The notes under the pieces were generated by a model. That model saw only the letters and a program-made list of their open reading frames with translations, searched no databases and was not told the origin of the DNA. Of a stretch of DNA of 7,861 nucleotides, positions 1 through 6,708 are shown in pieces. The position numbers were made by a program, and so were the translations under genes. Source of the DNA: a virus (Duplodnaviria > Heunggongvirae > Uroviricota > Caudoviricetes). Numbering within the stretch: position 1 is the stretch's first letter; the number at the start of each line of letters is the position of its first letter. Location: the IMG/VR virus record IMGVR_UViG_2541047171_000018. One strand, 5' to 3'.

Positions 1-94
1 GCCTTCGGTATTGACGGCATGGAACCAGGGGATCCAGCTCGCGCAATTAGCAGAGGGGGCGTAGTAATCCTTGTATACCGGAGTGAAGAGAAAA

Positions 95-313
95 ATGAGC
101 AAGATTGACTATCAGGCACTGCGTGAAAAGGCAGAGAAAGCAACTAAAGGAAGCTACATCGTAGGGCATACATCTGTTAACCAGCACGGCAATTTAACAG
201 GAGTTTTTGTTTGCCAAAAATGGAAAGGAGAACCCGGTGGCGTGATTGCAGAATGTCATGTTAACTGCCTGGTTGAAACAGATGCTCAGGCTTATGCAAC
301 GCTGAATTCATAG
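95..313 (+). CDS. hypothetical lambdoid prophage protein (72 aa from ATG 95; ORF track opens at TTG 71)
   Basis: ORF 71..313 in track; internal ATG at 95 (MSKIDYQ...) is preceded by GGAG about 11 nt upstream. GC-normal phage-like composition. Function not recognised. Confidence 0.4.
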   Translation: MSKIDYQALREKAEKATKGSYIVGHTSVNQHGNLTGVFVCQKWKGEPGGVIAECHVNCLVETDAQAYATLNS

Positions 314-333
314 CAGAGGCTAACCCGGCTACC

Positions 334-993
334 GTGCTGGAACTGCTGGATGAACGGGAAAGAAACCAGCAATACATCAAACGCCGCGACCAGGAGAACG
401 AGGAGATTGCGCTTACGGTTGGGAAGCTGAGAGTTGAGCTGGGAGCAGCAGAGAACAACCTTATTGATAGTGAATGCCATGTTGCTGAACTGGAAGAAGC
501 GCTACGCGATAAGCAGGCGTTACTTGAAGCATCAGAGAAGCGCATAGCAGAACTGGAAGCCGAACTCGTAAGCCAAACTTACAAGTTGCCACACACGCAG
601 TTTGAACAGATTGCTAACCTCTACGAAATGCAATTTGATGACGGTCGCACTTGTGCCTTTCACACTGATGCGCAAAAGGCTGAGCAATGGCTTCAGGCGT
701 GCGACGGAAACAGGGTTCAGGAATACGTTAAGCTGGAACGGTTGCAGAATGCGCTGTCTGGCAACTCTCCGGTAACTCCGGATGGTTGGATAAGTTGTAG
801 TGAGCGAATGCCGGATACCAAAACAGCCGTTCTTGTTGCCGTGGAGTTTGACAGGAAAGGTGACTGGCGAATGAAGTGGGCGACTTACATCCCGGGGCAT
901 CCTGACGCTAATGATGGGTGGATAATTCCTGGTGCGTCGTGGAAACCGTCACACTGGATGCCGCTACCAGAACCGCCGCAGGAGGTGAACTGA
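334..993 (+). CDS. DUF551-type lambdoid prophage protein (Ea22-like architecture: charged coiled-coil-like N-terminal part, C-terminal DUF551-like segment)
   Basis: 219-aa ORF; heptad-like charged region (ELEEALRDKQALLEASEKRIAELEAEL); C-terminal segment ending ...SHWMPLPEPP, which I recall as the hallmark of DUF551 in enterobacterial prophages. Start is uncertain: GTG at 334 is the first start codon and the frame is open only from 277. Confidence 0.55.
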   Translation: MLELLDERERNQQYIKRRDQENEEIALTVGKLRVELGAAENNLIDSECHVAELEEALRDKQALLEASEKRIAELEAELVSQTYKLPHTQFEQIANLYEMQFDDGRTCAFHTDAQKAEQWLQACDGNRVQEYVKLERLQNALSGNSPVTPDGWISCSERMPDTKTAVLVAVEFDRKGDWRMKWATYIPGHPDANDGWIIPGASWKPSHWMPLPEPPQEVN

Positions 994-1388
994 TGGAAAA
1001 TGAAGGCGATAATATCATCACACTGGTGCAGCCAAAGCGCGATGAAGAGAAGCTGCTGAACATTACAGTAACTGGCAGAAAAAACTACACACAACAGAGC
1101 TGTAAGCATCGGGCCATTGAGGTTCATGAACAGGATCACGTTATCCTGTGCTTGCAGTGCGGATGTGTTGTGGACCCTTTTCAGTATGTTCTGCGGTGTG
1201 CGAACGATGGTGAGGCTGTGGTGAGAGAGATTAGACAGCTTCATAACAGACACGATCAGCTCCGAGAATCTGTTGCCAGCCTCGAGCGTGAAGAAAAGAA
1301 CACCAAAGCACGGTTGCGGGCAGCAAGAACTGCAATACTGTATGCGGAAAATGACCTTAAAAATATTGAGCAGAAGGTGAATCAATGA
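993..1388 (+). CDS. hypothetical phage protein with Cys cluster (131 aa from ATG 993)
   Basis: ORF track gives 918..1388, but ATG at 993 is preceded by a strong RBS GGAGGTGA (981-988) and overlaps the upstream stop (TGATG), indicating translational coupling. Contains C-x(16)-C-x2-C-x-C; C-terminal charged helical region. Confidence 0.5.
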   Translation: MENEGDNIITLVQPKRDEEKLLNITVTGRKNYTQQSCKHRAIEVHEQDHVILCLQCGCVVDPFQYVLRCANDGEAVVREIRQLHNRHDQLRESVASLEREEKNTKARLRAARTAILYAENDLKNIEQKVNQ

Positions 1389-1468
1389 CCTGGCCTGAAG
1401 CATTCGCAAATGTAGGAACAGTAATGGCGGTGGTGCTGGTTGTGTATTCGATTTGTCGCTGGAGATAA
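1385..1468 (+). CDS. putative small hydrophobic peptide (27 aa, MTWPEAFANVGTVMAVVLVVYSICRWR)
   Basis: ATG at 1385 overlaps the stop of the upstream gene (ATGA); hydrophobic core typical of a single-pass membrane peptide. Below the ORF-track length cut-off; hand-translated. Confidence 0.2.
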   Translation: MTWPEAFANVGTVMAVVLVVYSICRWR

Positions 1469-1756
1469 AAACGGTTTGCGGGAAAAGGAGAGTTAAGTAG
1501 AATTGCTGCGGGTGCTTGAGGCTATCTGCCTCGGGCATGAACACCAACGGCAGATAGAGAAAAACCCACCCGACTATAAATCAAAGTGTATTACCCCCAT
1601 TTGTTGGACGATGAAATGGGTTTAGTTAACTATGTCGGTATCGACATGACTAAAACAACCTTAAATTGCTCGATTAATAGACAAGTAGTTTTGAAAGATT
1701 AAATTTATGCGATCCGGTATTTTCAAGGGATAGCCTTTATGAGGTTATCTTATGGG

Positions 1757-1787
1757 GTTAAAACATCAAGAACAGTTGTGTTATAAT
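1757..1787 (+). promoter_or_regulatory. putative sigma70 promoter for the methyltransferase (extended -10 TGtTATAAT)
   Basis: TG at 1779-1780 and perfect TATAAT at 1782-1787, about 33 nt upstream of ATG 1820; weak -35 candidate TTAAAA at 1757-1762 with a long 19-nt spacer. Sequence-only prediction. Confidence 0.35.
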
Positions 1788-1819
1788 ACATAGAAACTAA
1801 TAAGAGACGTTGCAACTAT

Positions 1820-2971
1820 ATGAATGTAATAGATTTGTTTTCTGGCGTTGGAGGTCTAAGTCTTGGTGCTGCACGTGCTGGATTTGATGTTAAAATGGCA
1901 GTTGAAATTGATCAACATGCTATTAATACTCACGCAATTAATTTTCCAAGAAGTTTGCACGTCCAAGAAGATGTTTCTTTACTAAATGCAGAAATAATTA
2001 AGGGTTTTTTTAAAAACGATATGCCCATAGATGGTATTATTGGCGGTCCTCCGTGCCAAGGATTTAGTTCAATAGGCAAGGGGAATCCTGATGATAGCAG
2101 GAATCAGCTTTACATGCATTTCTACCGTTTAGTATCAGAATTACAGCCATTATTCTTTTTGGCAGAAAATGTTCCAGGTATTATGCAAGAGAAATATTCT
2201 GGCATTAGAAATAAAGCATTTAATTTGGTTAGCGGTGATTATGATATTCTTGATCCCATCAAGGTAAAAGCATCTGATTATGGTGCTCCAACTATTCGAA
2301 CTAGATATTTTTTTATCGGTGTAAAAAAATCATTGAAGCTTGATATTTCAGATGAAGTATTTATGCCTAAAATGATTGATCCGGTTACTGTAAAAGATGC
2401 TTTGTATGGATTACCAGATATTATCGATGCCAATTGGCAATCAGACTCTGAGAGTTGGCGAACAATTAAAAAAGATCGAAAAGGGGGATTTTATGAAAAA
2501 TTATGGGGGCAGATCCCTCGGAATGTTGGTGATACAGAATCGATCGCTAAGTTAAAAAATAATATCATATCTGGATGTACCGGAACATTACATAGCAAAA
2601 TCGTCCAAGAGCGTTATGCTTCCTTATCTTTTGGGGAAACTGATAAAATTTCAAGATCTACAAGATTAGATCCAAATGGTTTTTGCCCGACTTTAAGGGC
2701 GGGAACCGCTAGAGATAAAGGAAGCTTTCAAGCCGTCAGGCCGATCCACCCTTATCATCCAAGAGTGATTACACCAAGAGAAGCTGCTAGATTACAAGGC
2801 TTCCCTGATTGGTTTCGCTTTCATGTAACTAAATGGCATAGTTTCAGACAAATAGGAAATAGCGTGTCACCAATAGTTGCTGAATATATATTAAAGGGGC
2901 TGTACAATTTATTAAATAAAAGAGTACAGCCCGAATATTTAAACCATAATTCTTTGGAAGTTAGGGTATAA
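1820..2971 (+). CDS. DNA (cytosine-5)-methyltransferase (Dcm-type m5C MTase), 383 aa
   Basis: Canonical m5C-MTase motifs readable in order: motif I FSGVGG (1838-1855), motif IV GGPPCQGFS with catalytic Cys (PCQ at 2051-2059), motif VI ENV (2165-2173), motif VIII-like RTRYFFIGV, motif X QIGNSVSP. Weak RBS AAGAGA upstream. Confidence 0.9.
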   Translation: MNVIDLFSGVGGLSLGAARAGFDVKMAVEIDQHAINTHAINFPRSLHVQEDVSLLNAEIIKGFFKNDMPIDGIIGGPPCQGFSSIGKGNPDDSRNQLYMHFYRLVSELQPLFFLAENVPGIMQEKYSGIRNKAFNLVSGDYDILDPIKVKASDYGAPTIRTRYFFIGVKKSLKLDISDEVFMPKMIDPVTVKDALYGLPDIIDANWQSDSESWRTIKKDRKGGFYEKLWGQIPRNVGDTESIAKLKNNIISGCTGTLHSKIVQERYASLSFGETDKISRSTRLDPNGFCPTLRAGTARDKGSFQAVRPIHPYHPRVITPREAARLQGFPDWFRFHVTKWHSFRQIGNSVSPIVAEYILKGLYNLLNKRVQPEYLNHNSLEVRV

Positions 2972-3931
2972 CCTATAGTATTTATAATAGTTATCCCGTT
3001 CATTTTCGTTTAAAGAGAACTCTTCAGCGGCTGCCTGATATGCTTCTTTATCAGGCAGTTTACTATCTAAATTTATCTTTTCTTTAATTGTTAGTGTTGG
3101 TATTGCTATTTCTTGCACGTCTTCCCAATTTGTTGAATAAAATTGCCAGTTAGAAAGGTCGCATGCCTTAGATAACTCTATATATTCTTGTTCTGAGGAG
3201 AAAAAACCTGATATTGTCAACATGGTATGACTGCCATCATTATATTGATTTAAGGATAATGGGTAATACTGAATCTTATCCTTACGTCCTGAAAGACCAC
3301 GTTCTATTGCTGATCTAAAAGCGTTTGTAATAATTCGTATTAAAAGAGCTTTAATCTTACGATCTGAAAGATCTGCATTTGATATCTGAAGATTAAAATC
3401 AAGATACTTTTTCCCAAGCAATGATTTTAATGAATTAATAAAAGCTTCTTTAAAAATATCTAAACTTTCTCCAACTCTACGTTGGTAATAAGAACTAGGA
3501 TTTATGGGGAAGGTGACCTTCAAAATATCAAAAGAGCTTACTTTAGTACTTAGTAAGTGTATATCATCTAGATCCGTTTGTATTTTTTTCGGGGAGGCAT
3601 AGTCTAACCATGTTATTGATGGTTTAGAAAAACTATAATCAAGAATAAAGTCATGAGCTGATATTAGCTTACAATCAATACAATTATAAGGCAAATTATA
3701 TTTTTGTCTGATGTGAGTAGACTCTTGTTCTTCGAGAGAAATCATATCAGAAAGAGCGATACGATTATGCATGATTCTAAAATCTTCAAGCATCGGACCA
3801 CCAAAACCTATATATGTATATTCTTGAATATTTAGTCTTTTGCTTAAGAGGTTTAGGCTTTCGAGAAAAATCTCTCTATCAATAGACTTATTATGCCTTA
3901 AGTGATAGGGAATGTATTGTCCAGACATCAC
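2939..3931 (-). CDS. hypothetical protein, 330 aa, no recognisable motif; second gene of the - strand operon (candidate effector partner of the GHKL ATPase)
   Basis: Long AT-rich ORF. Its start overlaps the stop of the upstream ATPase gene (minus-strand GTGATG: GTG 3931-3929 or ATG 3928-3926, stop TGA 3930-3928), with RBS GAGGTGA immediately upstream. If ATG is used the CDS is 2939..3928. Confidence 0.7.
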   Translation of the reverse strand: MMSGQYIPYHLRHNKSIDREIFLESLNLLSKRLNIQEYTYIGFGGPMLEDFRIMHNRIALSDMISLEEQESTHIRQKYNLPYNCIDCKLISAHDFILDYSFSKPSITWLDYASPKKIQTDLDDIHLLSTKVSSFDILKVTFPINPSSYYQRRVGESLDIFKEAFINSLKSLLGKKYLDFNLQISNADLSDRKIKALLIRIITNAFRSAIERGLSGRKDKIQYYPLSLNQYNDGSHTMLTISGFFSSEQEYIELSKACDLSNWQFYSTNWEDVQEIAIPTLTIKEKINLDSKLPDKEAYQAAAEEFSLNENERDNYYKYYRLYPNFQRIMV

Positions 3932-5319
3932 TTCACCTCTTCAATCACCGTATCAAAGCATTGCATCCCCACATCAGAAGCGCTAGCATCTTCATGTCCA
4001 AAGAAATATTTAGATAAAATTTTAACATCTTCTTTCTCTCTGGTGAAGATTATTCGTACAGTAGAGCTTTTTTTTACTGGGGTAGGCAGCTTAGGTGTAT
4101 ATCGCCACTCATTTTTGTTTCTATTAGGGTTGGACCAGTTATTTTTTTTATCTTCTGGAGTTGATTGTGGGGTAATTTCAAATAAAGATTGAGCTTCATG
4201 TGACTGAGCTGACTTAAGTAATTTTTTCCCTTCTTCAAGATGCTCACCTTTCCACTGATTGGTGAATCGAATAAAATGCATCATCCCTTCAATCATTTTA
4301 TTTCGTACATCATTGTACAATGTAGAACTAAGATCGACACCTCGTTTCGTTGTTGTTATTGGTAATTTTTCTGGGTTTTTACTGGTAAAGCGAACAACCC
4401 CAGAAATTGCTATAAATTGGGTATGAAACCTTGGTACATTAGCAAAGCCCCAACCTGTGAGATGTGTCTTATCACAATATAGAACAACGCGGTCATTGCA
4501 AATGACAGTCCATCCAGCATCATCAGAACTCCTTTTTTCTAAAACATCATCATTGTCATCTTCTAAATTTTTATAGAAGCCAACAACTAAATCGATATCA
4601 ACATCGTCTATTTTAGCTTTATATATGTATGGTTCTATTTTAGAATGATCAGTTATGATGTTAATCGGATTATGTTCAACAACAACTCCATTTAATTCTA
4701 TTTTAAATCCTTTTTGAATAATAAATGACAATGAGTGTTTTATCTGTAAAAAGAGATCAGTAAGATATGTGCTCTCATTAAATTTTTGTGCCACATTAGA
4801 ATGGAGTTTTTTTATCTCTATAGTTGTGCCTGTTGGATTTTTGTTATCATAGTCACTCTCGTGCATCGGTATTTTCCAACCATCACCATCGATCCAATCA
4901 GGTGTTATATCTACAGTGAATGCGCCATCGGGATTATTCGATTGTATTGAGCAATCTCTACCCATTTTAAAAATGGCTCTTTTCATACCAATACCATAGA
5001 CGCCAACGGTGCCTTCATTTTCTTCTTCTTTTTGATGGGGTCGTCCCATTTTAAAAGCATATTCTCGGAAGCTTTTAGGGATACCTCCGCAATTGTCTTC
5101 TATAATAAAGACATCTTTATTAATCGTAAGTTTCGCATAAAATCCTTCATATGGTTTTGAAGTTTTTTTTGTGTCTTTTATTGTACGTAAAGCCCCATCG
5201 ACGCAGTTATCAAGCAGATCAAGTATGGCATCGTTTAAGTCGATATCTCGAGTTAGCATACTTACAAAAAATCTTTTACTAGGACTAAAGTCTGCTGTTG
5301 GAGTCGTGTTCTCAGTCAT
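3928..5319 (-). CDS. GHKL-superfamily ATPase domain protein (MutL/MORC/Hsp90-type Bergerat fold) with about 290-aa uncharacterised C-terminal region, 463 aa
   Basis: Bergerat-fold motifs in correct order in the N-terminal about 170 aa: N-box DLLDNCVDGA (5191-5220), G1 IEDNCGGI (5080-5103), G2 GVYGIGMK (4981-5004), G3 TGTTIEI (4813-4833). RBS GAGAG upstream of ATG 5319. Confidence 0.8.
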   Translation of the reverse strand: MTENTTPTADFSPSKRFFVSMLTRDIDLNDAILDLLDNCVDGALRTIKDTKKTSKPYEGFYAKLTINKDVFIIEDNCGGIPKSFREYAFKMGRPHQKEEENEGTVGVYGIGMKRAIFKMGRDCSIQSNNPDGAFTVDITPDWIDGDGWKIPMHESDYDNKNPTGTTIEIKKLHSNVAQKFNESTYLTDLFLQIKHSLSFIIQKGFKIELNGVVVEHNPINIITDHSKIEPYIYKAKIDDVDIDLVVGFYKNLEDDNDDVLEKRSSDDAGWTVICNDRVVLYCDKTHLTGWGFANVPRFHTQFIAISGVVRFTSKNPEKLPITTTKRGVDLSSTLYNDVRNKMIEGMMHFIRFTNQWKGEHLEEGKKLLKSAQSHEAQSLFEITPQSTPEDKKNNWSNPNRNKNEWRYTPKLPTPVKKSSTVRIIFTREKEDVKILSKYFFGHEDASASDVGMQCFDTVIEEVK

Positions 5320-5371
5320 AATTTACTCTCTATGTGTTTGGGAAAATAAATACCTTAAGTGCAAATTGTTG

Positions 5372-5399
5372 ATTTTAAACGCTTCGCATGCGAAGTCAA
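5372..5399 (-). promoter_or_regulatory. putative sigma70 promoter of the GHKL-ATPase operon with a palindrome in the spacer
   Basis: Minus-strand -35 TTGACT (plus-strand 5394-5399), 16-nt spacer, -10 TAAAAT (plus-strand 5372-5377), about 50 nt upstream of start 5319. Perfect 14-bp palindrome CTTCGCATGCGAAG (5382-5395) occupies the spacer and overlaps the -35 by 2 bp. Confidence 0.4.
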
Positions 5400-5818
5400 C
5401 GATGTTAAGAAAGAAAGTGCATGTGATCTAACAGTATGTTTTTAAAAAAAGATTAGCTTTATGAGAATTCAGGACTGAATCCCGTGAGAGGAAAATAACA
5501 TATGTTATTGTTGCATTGCTGTGTTGTTTGGGATTTGTTGCACCATTCTGGCGTTGGTATATCTAGTTCGTTGTTCATTTTGTTAATTGTACAACAGGCA
5601 GACAACAGAGAGCTTTTAGCCTAGTTAGCTTACGAAATTAAACAACTAAGATTATCGGCGGGGAGTGGTCACCGCTACTCTTTGGCTAGGAGACTTCAAC
5701 GCAACCGCACACAACCAGCTTCGGCGGGTTTTGTTTTTTCCTGGCATTCTGGTTTACAATTTGCGTGCTAGCTTGAACAACTGGCATCTGCTGCACTGCG
5801 CCATCGAGAGATTGAGAA

Positions 5819-6418
5819 ATGGCGCATATACAACTGGTCAAACAAACTTCTTCTGGTTTACTTCTCCCGGCGACGCCGGAGAGTTGCGATTTTCTGCATC
5901 AAATCAAAATAGGTGAGTGGATACACGCAGATTTTAAGCGTGTGCGTAACTACGCATTCCACAAGCGTTTTTTCAAACTCCTGCAACTGGGATTCGATTA
6001 CTGGACTCCGGTCGGTGGGGCGATCACGCCTCGCGAACGAGAACTGCTGTCTGGTTTCGTTGATTACCTGTGCGAATCAGTTGGTCGGGAACACACGCCA
6101 GCCCTGAGTGATGCCGCAGAGCAATACCTTAACACCGTTGCGACTCGTAGAACCCGGGATACGGCGTTGCTAAAGTCGTTTGAGGCTTTCCGCGAGTGGG
6201 TAACCATTCAGGCCGGATTTTACACCGAGCATATTTATCCGGACGGTAGCCGTGGGCGTCGGGCAAAATCCATCGCTTTTGCGAATATGGACGAAGTCGA
6301 GTTTCAGCAGGTTTATAAATCTGTACTGAATGTGCTGTGGAACTGGATTCTGTTCCGTAAATTCTCCTCTCAGGAGGAAGTTGAAAATGTGGCCGCACAA
6401 CTACTGGAGTTTGCGTAA
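5819..6418 (+). CDS. conserved lambdoid prophage nin-region protein (possibly DUF1367 family), 199 aa
   Basis: GC-normal ORF in the expected position upstream of the YbcO-like gene; stop overlaps the next start (TAATG). Family assignment is from memory of prophage nin regions, not verified. Confidence 0.55.
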   Translation: MAHIQLVKQTSSGLLLPATPESCDFLHQIKIGEWIHADFKRVRNYAFHKRFFKLLQLGFDYWTPVGGAITPRERELLSGFVDYLCESVGREHTPALSDAAEQYLNTVATRRTRDTALLKSFEAFREWVTIQAGFYTEHIYPDGSRGRRAKSIAFANMDEVEFQQVYKSVLNVLWNWILFRKFSSQEEVENVAAQLLEFA

Positions 6419-6708
6419 TGGTGAATTTACGTAAAGCGGCTAAAGGCCAGATATGCCAGATCAGAATCCCTGGCTACTGCAATCACAATCCCGAAACCTC
6501 TGTGCTGGCGCATTACAGGCTGGCGGGAACGTGCGGAACAGCGATAAAGCCACACGATATGCAGGCAGCGATTGCCTGTAACTCATGCCACGATTTAATC
6601 GACGGGAGAGTAAAAACCAGCGATTACACCAAAGAAGAATTGCGCCTGATGCATGCAGAAGGTGTTTTTCGCACACAAGAGATCTGGAGAAAGGACGGTT
6701 ATTTATGA
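6418..6708 (+). CDS. YbcO-like (DUF1364) Cys-cluster prophage protein, putative nuclease, 96 aa
   Basis: 96 aa with cysteine pattern C-x7-C ... C-x9-C-x2-C-H-D (CQIRIPGYC ... CNSCHD) and LRKAAKG N-terminus resembling E. coli DLP12 YbcO as I recall it. Coupled to neighbours by overlapping start/stop codons. Confidence 0.6.
   Translation: MVNLRKAAKGQICQIRIPGYCNHNPETSVLAHYRLAGTCGTAIKPHDMQAAIACNSCHDLIDGRVKTSDYTKEELRLMHAEGVFRTQEIWRKDGYL

Larger units (their letters stand above)
1560..5650. other. AT-rich accessory island (prophage moron) carrying a three-gene putative defence module
   Basis: Abrupt compositional shift: sampled stretches are about 27-42% GC inside versus about 50-63% in the flanks (by-eye counts on 60-nt samples). 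Flanked on both sides by + strand lambdoid genes. Boundaries are approximate. Confidence 0.6.

Noticed and set aside
261-1547. Minus-strand ORFs 261..545, 292..480, 532..900 and 885..1547 overlapping the + strand phage genes
   Set aside because: They lie antisense to + strand ORFs that have RBSs and start/stop coupling; their translations are low-complexity (Ser/Leu/Cys-rich) without starts in good context. Most likely shadow ORFs.
2821-4192. ORFs 2821..3003 (-) and 3902..4192 (+) within or antisense to the island genes
   Set aside because: Short, embedded in the long, motif-supported MTase and ATPase/330-aa reading frames; no RBS evidence.
4067-5170. Three A8/T8 homopolymer tracts inside the ATPase coding sequence (4067-4074, 4142-4149, 5163-5170) as possible phase-variation switches
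   Set aside because: The gene is AT-rich and Lys-rich, so A-runs encoding KK are expected by composition; A/T tracts of 8 are weak slippage substrates compared with G/C tracts. No evidence of a frameshifted variant in this sequence.
5502-5624. Hand-found 40-codon + strand ORF (MLLLHCCVVWDLL...) upstream of the ATPase operon, with GAGAGG about 10 nt before the ATG
   Set aside because: T/G-rich low-complexity sequence and suboptimal RBS spacing; more likely an AT-rich intergenic or regulatory region. Kept only as a note because a small regulator here would be relevant to the palindromic operator.
5703-5740. Possible terminator CCGC...GCGG followed by GTTTTGTTTTTT upstream of the nin-region gene
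   Set aside because: Stem is only 4 bp with a 15-nt loop; too weak to call a terminator, although the T-rich run is notable.
5171-6107. Plus-strand ORFs 5171..5431, 5665..5916 and 5913..6107
   Set aside because: 5171..5431 is antisense to the ATPase N-terminus and its promoter; 5665..5916 and 5913..6107 overlap the better-supported 5819..6418 gene in other frames and lack RBSs.
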